A stretch of DNA of 64,000 bases, from contig OX597835.1 in assembly GCA_951406725.2 (NCBI GenBank), positions 2,914,001 through 2,978,000 on the forward strand. The letters are read 5' to 3'. Under the pieces are notes generated by a model. That model searched no databases and was not told the origin of the DNA. It saw only the letters and a list, made by a program, of their open reading frames with translations. Of the stretch, positions 26,975-39,436 are shown in pieces; within the stretch, counting starts at the first letter, position 1, and each line of letters begins with the position of its first letter. This DNA comes from Octopus vulgaris. Lineage: Eukaryota. The position numbers and the translations under genes are program-made.

Positions 26975-27025
<51 letters not shown>

Positions 27026-27544
27026 GGTTGGATGGAAGTTCTGGAGAATATGAGTTTTCGTGGACTGTTTACCGGCGATGTGGGGTTTATGTAAATGCCT
27101 ACACGCCTACTGTTTATAAAAGAATAAGTAGTTTCTTGAAGTAGGAGATATTGATTTGTGTCAAAGAATACAGATTCTCAGCTATCAGATGAAAATGCGA
27201 GAAAGAAAAAAAAAGCAAGAAAAAAAAAGCAACTGAGAGACAGATAGGGAGGAGAGAAAGAGAGAAAGAGAGAAAGAGAGAAAGAGGAAAATATTTAAAT
27301 GACTCCTGGAGGAAATCTTTAGAATGTTTTCCAATGGATAGAGTAGACGCTGTGTAAACTATGAGAATTCTTGCCCCAACATTATCGAGGAGCAAAACAT
27401 AATGCAAAAAAATATATCCAACACACACTGTTAATCAAGTAAGCATTGACAGTAACAATACAATGTAGCAATAGAAGATAAACAGGACTTACGTAGATGT
27501 GAAAGCAAATGATAACAATAATAATAAGAAGAATGACGATAATA

Positions 27545-27610
<66 letters not shown>

Positions 27611-27661
27611 GATGATGATGACGATGATGATGATGATGGTGATGATGACGGTGATGATGAC

Positions 27662-27706
<45 letters not shown>

Positions 27707-27781
27707 AATGATGACGACGATGATGATGATGATGATGATGATGATGACGATGATGATGAGGATGATGATGACGATGATGAC

Positions 27782-27822
<41 letters not shown>

Positions 27823-27823
27823 C

Positions 27824-27900
<77 letters not shown>

Positions 27901-27915
27901 CGATGACGATGACGA
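27545..27915. repeat. (GAT)n microsatellite, about 370 bp
   Basis: Seen directly. Confidence 0.97.
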
Positions 27916-27919
27916 CTCT

Positions 27920-29225
27920 AAACAACAGAATACGATAGACGCAACGTTAACCCTGAAGAACAGAATGCTATAGAGAAGTTAGAACCTGCGGAGACCTACA
28001 AATACCTAATGGTATTTGAATGTGATGGCATCAAACATTCAATGATGAGGGAAAAGATCGGAGAAGAATGTTATGGCAGGGTCAGGGAATACTGAAGACA
28101 GCGCTAAAAACCCAAGAAACAGGCCCGAAACTTACAGTTTCAATATTATTAACTGGACAATTATTGAATACTGTAAGCTTGACAGAAAAATACGAAAACT
28201 GTTGACAATGAATAGAATGCACCGCTTTGAGGCAGATATTGAATGATATTACTTGCCAAGAAAAGAAAGTGGATGTGGACTTTTACAACTGGAATTGACA
28301 ATCATTTTTACCACAGATGGTCAAAACACTCACCTGAGAAACTGATGATTGGATATTAAGACTTGTCTTAAAGCATGGAAACAAGAAAACATCATACTCG
28401 GTAACTAAACAGGCAAAGAAATATCTAAGCGAATTCCAAATACAAGAAATCCAAGAATTAGACGTACAGAAAACAAATATTCTTACTAATAAATGGCAAG
28501 AAAAACCTTTCAGTGGCAAATACCCAAAGAGAGCGAATAATGCTGATGTTGACAAAGCAATTACCTATGAATGGTTAGTGTCTTCTCGCTTCAAATCAGA
28601 GACAGAAATGTTGAGCATAGCAGCCCAAGACCAATGCCTACCGACAAGCAGCTACCAAGCTAACATATTAAAAATGGCAGTAGCCCAACATGTCGTGTCA
28701 TCATCACCATCATTGTTCGACCGTGGTTGAGACAATGGAATTTACCATGCTACGCCAGACTTCATGGTCCATCATGGCATTACGGAGGTCCTGTTGCTGG
28801 ATGCCTGTATCCCTGGAGATTACATCAGGGTAGGAGAGTGTGCGCCCTCTGGTATTGCGAGTAGATGGCTTCCAGAGGAGAAGGGTAGAAATTGCCTCGT
28901 TTTCAGCTCTACAACAATGTCCAGCAAACTGGACTCTTCTACCTTTCACAAGAGATGATACAGGTGGTAGTTTCCCATATATTTGCATTTTGGTTGGATG
29001 ACGCTTCCACGAGAGATTTTGAGCTCTAATACGGAGGCGAGTGTAGGTTCCATCCAACCGCCTCTCAAGCTTCTTTGATTACGTCCAGGTTTCTGAGCCA
29101 TAAAGTAGAATTGGTTCGACTGTGGCTTTGAAACCATTGATCATGTTGTCTCCATGTACAGCCTTCTTGAGCCTACAAAGTATTTCAATAGTCATGATAG
29201 GTCAGCACAGTACATTGTCTATCTA
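27920..29225 (+). mobile_element. R4/Dong-type LINE fragment, interrupted at 28699-29133 by an RTE
   Basis: YKYL...KLDRKIRKLLTMNRMH...YYLPRKESGCGL...SETEMLSIAAQDQCLPT...SSPTCRV, resuming as ETIDHVVS...HDRSAQYI after the insertion. Confidence 0.85.
28699..29133 (-). mobile_element. 5'-truncated RTE-clade LINE 3' end with (GAT)n tail
   Basis: FKATVEPILLYGSETWT...DGTYTRLR...RRVQFAGHCCR...LRNAMMDHEVWR. Confidence 0.9.
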
Positions 29226-29439
29226 ATCCCCAAAACAATTTAATCTGCAAAAAGTAACAAAACACTAATCACGAGCAGAAGTAGTCGGGGAGCGTCGTAG
29301 CCATGTGTTGAGAGGAATACTTTGGGACTTGAAAGAGGCACCTCCGGAAAGATGGGGGCAGGAATCTGTTAAGGACTTACTGATCAGATGACCGTAACAG
29401 ATTCCTGCCTCCCAGAGGTGAAGAATTACATTTGTCTTC

Positions 29440-29512
29440 GGCTTTAGAATCTGACGAGGCTTCCATGGGGCTCGGCCTTTGTGGACGCGAAACTCTTGGT
29501 CATTCTATGGCC
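29440..29512 (+). ncRNA. Type I hammerhead ribozyme with intact catalytic core
   Basis: Stem I ggctttagaat/attctatggcc, CTGACGA at 29451-29457, long stem II, GAAA at 29489-29492, 2-bp stem III, GTC triplet at 29499-29501. Confidence 0.75.
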
Positions 29513-29585
29513 TATGACCGGACATAGATTTAACTACACATATACATACATATGTATACATATATACACATATGTGTGTGTGTGT

Positions 29586-29629
<44 letters not shown>

Positions 29630-30074
29630 GTGTGTGTGTGTGTGTGTATACATAGAGAGATACATAGGTATGTATATGGTATACATTAATCCTGCCATTC
29701 ACATCAACAAAAATTGCCTGACGCATTAGACTGCGTTTCCACCACCACCACCACCACCGCCACCACCACCACCACATCCACCACCACTCCCACCACCACT
29801 GCCGCCGACACCGTTACCAAATATATATCATATGATCACAGCCCGCTCCCTTTTTATGTTTATAAGTATGGATGGAAGTTGTGTTGAAGTTTATGAATGT
29901 TTTGATAACAATAGCGACCTTCACTTTATACACACACATGCCCGCGCACACACACACACAAACGCACACACACACAAACGCACACACACACAAACGCACA
30001 CACACACACATATAACTGTATAGGGGAGGAAAAAAAACAAACGGAAAGATCGATAGACTGACAGATAGACAATC

Positions 30075-30105
<31 letters not shown>

Positions 30106-30115
30106 TAGATAAAAT

Positions 30116-30157
<42 letters not shown>

Positions 30158-30238
30158 AAAACAACAGAAAATAGCGTAGTCTTTGCCATTGTTCATTCTC
30201 CTTCGTAGTTTCTACAGATTTTATTCAAGAACACACTA

Positions 30239-30270
<32 letters not shown>

Positions 30271-30483
30271 GTGTGTGTGTACTGATTCAAGTGGGCTTTG
30301 CTCAGCATGCCTATAAGATATGCGATATTATAAACGTGACAATTTCATCATTTTTTCAACGCAGCTGCATGTTTCTCCCACCCAGCTGGACGTTGTACAG
30401 TTTGACATACAATAGACTTTAGAATAACGATGGTGAGTGGGTTAGCCTGAAATAACTGACTAAACTTCACTAGATGTATAAAT

Positions 30484-30680
30484 GTGGAGGCGCAATGGCT
30501 CAGTGGTTAGAGCAGCGGACACGCGGTCGTAGGATCGCGGTTTCGATTCCCAGACCGGGCGTTGTGAGTGTTTATTGAGCGAAAACACCTAAAAGTTCCA
30601 CGAGGCTCCGGCAGGGGGTGGTGATCCCTGCTGTACTCTTTCACCACTCTTTCTTCTGTTGGCCTGCTCGCTTAGTCAGG
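30484..30680 (+). mobile_element. SINE family A, 3'-truncated (start of tail 3)
   Basis: Family A head and body. Confidence 0.88.
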
Positions 30681-30854
30681 AGCACCGCCTTGAAGCTAAA
30701 AAATCGACTCTAGGGCTTACTTTTTTTTAGAGCCTTGTACTTATTTTATTGGTAAGTTTTGTCAAAGCGATAAGTTACGGGGGTCTTGAAACCACACCAA
30801 CGTCGGTATTCAAGTTGTGTTGGTGGAGGCACAAACACAGACACAAAGGCACAT

Positions 30855-30924
<70 letters not shown>

Positions 30925-31010
30925 GCGACGGGCTTCTTTTAATTTCCATCCACCAAACCTACTCACCAGCTCACAAGGCTTTGGTTGGCTCGAAGCCTAT
31001 AACAGAAGAC
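30680..31010 (-). mobile_element. SINE family C with internal (CA)n(TA)n tract
   Basis: Reverse-complement match to 31504-31915. Confidence 0.78.
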
Positions 31011-31291
31011 AGGCTCATGGGCCCGATTTCCCGGTTTCAATGGCGTGTGTGTTCTCCCAGCTGGACGGGACGCCAGTCCAACGCAGCGTTACTCAAGAAA
31101 CAGGAAGAAAGAGTGACAGAAAGTTGGGGCGAAAGAGTACAACAGGGGTCGCCACCACCCTCTGTCGGAGTCTCGTGGAGCTTTAGGAGTTTTCACTCAA
31201 TAAACACACACAACGCCCGGCTTGGGAATCGAAACCGCGATCCACCGACCGCGAGTCCGCTGCCCTAACCACTGGGCCATTGCACCTCCAC
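31011..31291 (-). mobile_element. SINE family A, tail 4
   Basis: Head plus tail gactggcgtcccgtccagctggg...gaaaccgggaaa, as in 57762-58070. Confidence 0.88.
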
Positions 31292-31503
31292 CCTTTCGCC
31301 TTGTTTAACTGACTGTATTTTGCTTCATTACCGCTATGTTTCTGTGAGAGATTAACGTGGGTTTTTTTTTTCTTCCATATGTCTTGATGGCCCCGAAAAC
31401 GCAATACAAAATCTGAGTGTTGCCCTTCCCTCACTAAGTGGCAAACAAATTTGTTATTATTGCTAATGCTGTTGGCTTTGGCAATGTTTGAGTTGTCATT
31501 TTT

Positions 31504-31915
31504 GGCGGGGTGGCTGTGTCATTAATACTTTGCTTCCCAACCACATAATCCCGTGTTCAGTCCCACTGCGTCGTATCTTGGGCAGGCGGCATGGGTCGAC
31601 CAATGCCTTGTGAGTGGATTTGGTGGGCCGAAACTGAAAGAAGCCCGTTGTATATATGTATAAATGTGTATGTATGTGTATGTGTGTGTGTGTGTAAATG
31701 TATGTGTACGTCTTTATACTTGCCTTTGTCTCCTAACCCCATCACAACCGGTTTGGGTTTCTTTACGTCCCTGTAACTTAGGAGTTTGGTAAAAAAAAAA
31801 GCAGTAGAGAGAATACCCAACTTTAAAATAATACTTGGATCGATTCGTTCAACTAAAACCTGTCATAGTGGCGCCCCAGCATGGCCGTATGTCAAATGAC
31901 TCAAACAGTAAGACG
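31504..31915 (+). mobile_element. SINE family C, near full length with internal microsatellite
   Basis: Head gtggctgtgt...gttcagtcccactgcg, then gaaactgaaagaagcccg, (TA/TG)n, and the 3' module ccccagcatggccg...caaatgact. Confidence 0.82.
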
Positions 31916-32113
31916 AAGAATCCTGTTGCTTTCGCTTTTCTTCATGTTATTATTATTATTGTCATTGTCAATGCTGTTATTCATGTTGTTGCCGCTCCTG
32001 CTTTCCTGTGTTCAGATATTAAAGTTCTGTTTCTTTTAATAATTTTTAGTTTCTATAATGAAAACTAATTTCAGTTTTCTGTCAGCTGGGAATGAACAAT
32101 CTCTCAGTTAAGT

Positions 32114-32445
32114 TATTAGGTTTGTGCAAAAATAATTGTGATTTTTTATACTTATTTTAGAATAAACTATATTCAAGCAATATATCATTTGGAAGCGCAT
32201 ATTTCGGTTTATTGATTTATAGAAATAGTGTTTTTCATTAAGTGTTTATTCTGGTTTATTTTAGGCTGTCAAATTAATGACAAAAAAACTCCAGTGATTT
32301 TATTGTGTGAGGTAAAAATGGAACGCAAAATTTAGAAAACTGGTCTCAGTTTGACAATAACTTTTGCGAAAGAAACTTCAACAAACACCTATCGATACTG
32401 GTTCCAAAATTTTGGAGTTGGAGATGAGTCCCTTGCAGATTACGC
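32114..32445 (+). mobile_element. Mariner 5' end (Hsmar1-like TIR and transposase N-terminus)
   Basis: ta-ttaggtttgtgcaaaaataattg TIR. Peptides EVKMERK, YWFQN and GDESLAD. Confidence 0.7.
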
Positions 32446-32626
32446 TGCTTTGGACTTTAGCTGTTCCTTCTAGCGTAAGGGAATCCTATGATTGCTACCT
32501 CATAATGTGTTTAAACATACACTGTATTTTATATGAATATTATATAGTCTATTGACTAATTTTTCTATACGCTAGGCCACTGGTAGTAAAAATTTCTAAA
32601 ATCTTTATTACTCTGATATTAATTAA

Positions 32627-32671
<45 letters not shown>

Positions 32672-33091
32672 GTATGTATGTATGTATGTATGTATGTATG
32701 TATGTATGTATGTATGTATGTATGTATGTATGTATGTATGTATGTATGTATGTATGTATCTATCTATCTCTCTCTCTCTCTCCTATATATATATATATAT
32801 ATATACATTATTTTAATTAAACATCTTGAAACCAATTACATATTAATAGTCTAATGGCCTTTTGCATAATTCAGTTAATTATCCTCATTTCTCGTTAATT
32901 ACTCAGATCTTAATGACATTGTATAATGGCAGATATCCTTCAATGTCGTCTAATTATTGCATGATAACTTAGGCAATGTCAGCTTAGTTGCGGATTCTGA
33001 CTTGATAGCGTGGATTATTTAAGATATGGTGTCTCACATGGTCCAGGGGCGATCGATAGTTCAATACAGATTACAACTCTCAGTACATTAA

Positions 33092-33313
33092 CCCTTTCGC
33101 ATTAAGATTACCATATCGAATATAATACTTATCTGTTCACATTGTTTTTTGATTTAACCGCCCATTATTTCGTTCCTTGGAGATTTTTATGAACCGGTTC
33201 TTTACTTTTAGAATGATATTTTAGGTAGGCATGAGAAGGTGGACCTGGCCAGTTTGATCATAACACAGAATATTTGGGTCATGTTGATTTGGGCCAGTTT
33301 AAATGCCAAAGGA
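33092..33313. mobile_element. piggyBac-type MITE
   Basis: TTAA on both flanks (33088-33091, 33314-33317). Imperfect TIRs ccctttcgcatt / aatgccaaagga. A related 3' end lies at about 16976-17015. Confidence 0.75.
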
Positions 33314-33819
33314 TTAAACACGTGCAAAACAAACAGGAATCAGTGAGTGCGTGTCTGTTTGTGGTTATTCAGTTTGCTAAAAATAGCAGGCATTTTTATT
33401 TCAAAATCGCACTGTAGCGTCTCAAATAAGTAAACGAGACATTGATAACACGGCTTTTAGTGCCAAGAAATAAAACACGTCTTTTTTTTTTGCTGATTCC
33501 GAAAATGATGTTAGTCTTTCATGGTTAACTACCGTTTTTGCTGTACTGAAATTGCTCATTTTTGGAAAAAAAGATCAATTTCCGATCTTGGCTGATCGCA
33601 AAATTTAGTTAAAAAAGGTAGTAGAAACCCATGAATTTTCAGGTAGGCCGAGCAATTTATGTCAGCCACCTGAAATAAACTATTTTTATAAGGAAAAAAA
33701 AAAGTGTTTTTGAGTCAAAACTTAAAATAGAAGTACCGAATTTTCCCAATGTATTGCCAAAATTGAAATTACCTGATAAACTTTATCAGTAGTACACTTT
33801 AGAAAACCTGATAATTATA

Positions 33820-34260
33820 AATGTTTGGTAATGACCGAAAGAGTACAACCATCGATAGAATGGGCTAAAACAGGTTCCCCCCGAAGGATTTCTGGAGTAA
33901 CATCGTTCGACAAGGTGCGTAGCACGGAGATCAGCATGTCTCTCTAGGTGGAGCCACTACTTCTCCACATTGAGGAACCAGGACTCCAGTGTTACGAACG
34001 TGATTAGGATATCGCAGGAAAGAATCGTAAGACTGATTCTTCAAATTGAGTCAACCAGCAATAGAACTCGGGTGGACGATGAAAGAGGTGCTTTGATAAT
34101 GTCCAGAATCTAAGTTACTGACGTTTAGGATTACACCCGGAGAATGTAATAACGGTAGCGTCTGATAGGATCGAATGTAAGATGTACTTAATGATTCTAC
34201 TTCCACAACACTCAAAAGATTAGTCGACAGAAGAGATGAAAGAATGCATGGATGGATAGA
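33820..34260 (+). mobile_element. RTE (Expander/Rex3-like) LINE 3' end, decayed
   Basis: LVMTERVQ...RRISGVTSFDKVRSTEI...VEPLLLHIE...LGITP-like region, ending in a (GATG)n-like tail. Confidence 0.75.
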
Positions 34261-34636
34261 GAGTCGAACTTCGTGGGATTTCAAGCCAATAAGGTAAAGA
34301 AGTGTGGATATTGAACTTGCTCTTTCGCCGCTAACAATTGTGCCAACGCGTCTGAAGCTATTTCTGAAATGTGATACATGTTTAGCAAGATAATGGGATT
34401 TAGAATATTGAGATCTCTTCGAGGTACCCAGATGTCAGTTGCAAAATCTGCAAATAACAAGCAAATACCTAATTAAAAGTTATAACAGACACAGATGCTA
34501 CAATATTTAATAAGTGGGTTTTCATATCGGTTCTTCAACATACACGCACACGCGCACACCGGCACGCAAACCCACGCATACTCGTATCCAAACAAACGCA
34601 AATGCATGTATGCATATATAAATGTATACACATAGA

Positions 34637-34699
<63 letters not shown>

Positions 34700-34797
34700 T
34701 ATATTTATATGTATAAATATATGCATATAAGTATGTATATATATATATACACACACACACATATATATATAGATGCATACATAATTGAAGATATATA

Positions 34798-34829
<32 letters not shown>

Positions 34830-35624
34830 CACATATATACACGACTATGTATATATGTGTGTGTATATACATATATATTTGTATATCTATTCGCATGTAT
34901 GTATGTCTATCTGTCTGTATGTACTCATATTATTCATATTAGTTCTCATATCTAATGAGATGTACACAAACTCTCGCCCCATCAGTCTCTCTCTCCCCTT
35001 CCTCTCTCTTTCTCCCTCTCTCTCTCTCCCTTCCTCTCTCTTCCTCCCCCTCTCTCAATAATTCGCTTGCCTACATCTGCACATACAGTCACATGCACAA
35101 AGAGAAACACGCCTGTCTTATGAAAGTGCACACATCAGAACGTGTGTACGTGGGTGTGTGTGAGCGTACGTGAGTGTGTTTAATCGTGTGTATGTGTGTT
35201 TGAGTGTGTGTGTGTGTGTGTGTATGTGTGCATGTGTGTGCGTTCGTACGTATATGTTTGTGTAAAATATGTCTTTTTAACTGCCATTCTCGTAGTGGAG
35301 AAAGTTAGAAATATCATGTATTTCGTTTCTTGAAAAAAGTTGTTGAATGGGAAAATGGTTGAAGGCTACAGCTGTTTCGTATCTTGCAGAAATACCTGGG
35401 ATTTCTTTCTACTCAAGAATCTTGTTAACCTCATACGTTATAGGCTCAAATTTTCAGGTAGATTTAAATAATGTACGTCTAGACGTTAAACATTTCAGTA
35501 ATTTCACATCACCAAGCTCTTAAATTATTGTTTTACGCATACACACGCGCGTGCACACACACACACAGACGTACACACATATACACACACACGTGCACAC
35601 ACAAGGATCGATTGATCGATCGAT

Positions 35625-36192
<568 letters not shown>

Positions 36193-36404
36193 ATTGTTTT
36201 ATGCCATAGGGATATAATAAATTGGCAGACTTGATGACACATATTGTATGAATCTGTCAAATTATTGCATCTCTACGACATGAAACTATAAGAAGCTCTT
36301 ATTTTACTATTTCCGCGAGCATTAAATAATTGTTATCTCTTCCTGGATGGAGTATTCTCTGTTAATCCTACCTTACAAAGGAGCAGTAAGTTACATGTGT
36401 GTGT

Positions 36405-36445
<41 letters not shown>

Positions 36446-36504
36446 TGAGTGAGTGAGTGGGTGTTTGTGTATATATGTATATACATAATAATATATATAT
36501 ACGT

Positions 36505-36805
36505 TTAAATATTTGTTGTGCAAGATTTTTTATGTGAAGTCGTGTGTTGAAACAGATATTGCTATATTTCGGAATGGTCATTTTGCCAGTTTAGCCAATA
36601 AAAACACACGCACTATATATTTGGTGTTACTTTGCTTCAGTGTTATTTATTTTTTATAGAAGTGTGACGAAAGAACTCTGGCCGAAATAAGATTAAGATT
36701 AATGTAAAAAATAAATAACACTGAAGCAAAGTAACACCAAATATATAGTGCGTGTGTTTTTATTGGCTAAACTGGCAAAATGACTATTCCGAAATATAAC
36801 AATAT
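36505..36805. mobile_element. Probable Penelope-like terminal fragment with a 101-bp fold-back
   Basis: Arms 36556-36656 and 36705-36805 (2 mismatches). Related sequence at 62985-63175 and 20290-20340. Confidence 0.6.
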
Positions 36806-36927
36806 ATATATATGTACATACATATTGGCATTTTTGTTCCGTTTCCAAGTATGAAAAAACTGCATTATTTGTGGGATGACCCCCATGCATACCTACATGC
36901 ACACATGCATACATGCGCACACAGTAC

Positions 36928-37106
36928 GAGAGTATTTTTCGGACCAATGAATTTTGGGAGAAGGATCATGAAACTCTAGCAGATGGATGGAAGAACATTG
37001 TAGAAATTGGAGAATATATCTGAAATTAATAAAGAACTTGGTTAATCTTAATTTTGAAAAATAAAACAATTATAGAAAGACCGCATTATTGGTCGGATGA
37101 CCCAAT
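36928..37106 (+). mobile_element. Mariner 3' end relic
   Basis: Transposase C-terminus-like text (LADGWKNIVE...EY) and TIR ...ggatgacccaa-TA. Confidence 0.6.
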
Positions 37107-37260
37107 ACATACAGAGGGGAGAAACAAAGACGGACAAACGGATTAAGTCGATTATATCGACCTCAGTACGTAACTGGTACTTATTTAATCGACCCCGAAA
37201 GGATGAAATATATGTGTGCGTGTGTCTGTGTGTGTGTGTATGTCTACACAGAGAAAAGAG

Positions 37261-37378
37261 ACAGACTGACAGGCAGACAGACTGACAGGCAGACAGACTG
37301 ACGGGCAGACAGACTGACAGGCAGACAGACTGACAGGCAGACAGACTGACAGGCAGACAGACTGACAGGCAGACAGAC
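37261..37378. repeat. 16-bp minisatellite (acagactgacaggcag), about 7 copies
   Basis: Seen directly. A higher-order unit built from (GACA)n. Confidence 0.92.
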
Positions 37379-37496
37379 TTAACTTATCATTGAAAATGAA
37401 TACAGATGCATCTTCTCAAGGATAACGACAGTGATGTCAATAACTATGGCGACAATGTCGACGACGACGACGACAGAGACGACGATCATTATAGGA

Positions 37497-37564
<68 letters not shown>

Positions 37565-37719
37565 GATGGCGATGATGATGATGATGATGATGATGATGTT
37601 GATGAATAAAAATATGGTAATTATACGTTAAGGAGTGTAGGCAAAATGGCAGATGTCGCTTTCGTAATGATGTTTTTTTTTTGTTGTTTGTATATGTTGT
37701 TGTTGCTGTTGTTATTGTT

Positions 37720-38326
37720 AGTGGTGGCGCTGGTGCTGGTGAGGCAGTATATGGATTCTGCCGTTGCTATTGTTTCATTTGTGGCTTTTTCCTACTGATT
37801 CCGTTGCCATGGTTACTTCTGTTGTGTTGCTGTTGTTTATCTTTGTAGGCAGTGTGATGGTGGATGCGGAGCGGATGGTCGTAGTGGTGTTGGCGGTAGC
37901 ACTCGTGCTACTCGGATTGTTGTTACCGTGTTGTGGTTGTGGTGTTGGTGCTAGTGGTGGTAGTGGTGGAGGCGGCCCTGGCGGTACTGGTGGTGACGTA
38001 TTGGTGATGATGGTGATACTGGTGGTAGTGGTGATGGCGGCGGCGGCGATGTGCGGTGGTGTGGTGTTGGTGGTGTCATTTGTGTCCATGATGGTGATAA
38101 TGGTGGTGGCGTTGGTAAGGTGGCAGTGGTGGTGGTGGTGTGTCTTGCCGTGGTAGTAGTGCTAGCGGTGGTGGTGGATTTGGTGTTGTTGTTGTTGTTG
38201 TTGTTGGTGGTGGTGGTAGTGGTGGTAGTGGTGGTGGAGTTTGTGGCTGTGGTAGTACTGGTGGAAATGTAGCTTTGGGGGTGTGTCTTGCCGTGGTAGT
38301 GGTGCTAGCGGTAGTGGTAGATTTGG

Positions 38327-38357
<31 letters not shown>

Positions 38358-38465
38358 GGTGGTAGTGGTGGTGGAGTTTGTGGCTGTGGTAGTACTGGTG
38401 GAAATTTTAGCTTTGGTGGTGTGTCTTGCCGTGGTAGTGGTGACAGTGGTGGTGGTTGTTATTGT
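37720..38465. repeat. (GGT/GTT)-rich low-complexity tract with a ~140-bp unit repeated about 2.3 times
   Basis: gtgtcttgccgtggtagt recurs near 38140, 38283 and 38421. Confidence 0.88.
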
Positions 38466-38859
38466 GTAATTCCAAATCCTTCTGTCAGGTCAATCTTGAT
38501 CAACGATATCCAGCAACTGTGTTTGAGAAAGCTAACAGAAACCAACAGGTTTTCAGGCTAATTCCGTCTTGACAAACGTTGATCCAATCTTATAATGACG
38601 ACGACGACAGCGGCGGCTGGGACGGCATTGGCAGCGGCGGCTGCGTTGGCGATGATGAGGATAATGAGGAGGAGGAGGAGAGTGTGCAGGAGCCAGAAAC
38701 AATGAGGATGCATTGAACATTGTGATGGCTGTGTTGGTTGTGACGTGTGTGCGTGTGTTTGGTTTCGACTTTACGTACAGACACACACACACAAATACAC
38801 ACACACATATATAAACATACATACATACATACATATATACATACATACATACATGTGTA

Positions 38860-39436
38860 CAGAGTGTTCAGCAGTTGTTCGCAAATATTCACATGTCTTT
38901 GAGCATGGTGGTCAGCCAGTTCTTGAGGAGTTCCTCGACAGCGTCTCTTTACAAAAATGTGATTTGGTGGTGGTTTGTGGAGGATCAAGTTCTGCCAACA
39001 ATCTACGAGTTCTTATGCTTGAATTTTGTTCCGTCGTTTCAAGCAAGGTCTCACCTTTTCAACAAACGTTTCCCTGGCCATTGTTTCTCTTCGAATCTGA
39101 TGTCAACTTCCTTGAACCGTCTTCACCAGATTTGTACCACACCTTCGCTGACAATTCTCGGATTTTTCACGTCATTAACTTCTTTTTCCTCTATTCTTGT
39201 TCTCAGTCCCTTTTTTCCCCACAGGTAGCGTAAAATGATTTTAATTGCAAGTTTTACATCACTCATTATCAAAGCTGTAAACTAATTCATGTTTATATAT
39301 CACAATAAAGATATAAACAATTTAGCCACAATTGGACAAGCTGTATCAAATTAATAATATATTGTAGAAATACAAAGTTTTTCGGATTTGCACTGAAGCA
39401 AATCTGAAAAACCTTCTGACTCAAATTGGTACCCTA
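38860..39436 (-). mobile_element. Mariner 5' part, decayed
   Basis: VSEGVVQIW*RRFKEVDIRFEEK and FVKRRCRGTPQELADHHAQRHVNICEQLL (WVPHEL-equivalent region). Confidence 0.75.

Noticed and set aside
37764-38561. Val/Gly-rich or Thr/Pro-rich ORFs resembling membrane or mucin proteins
   Set aside because: Explained by decayed (GGT)n repeat with a local duplication, and no domain or splice support.
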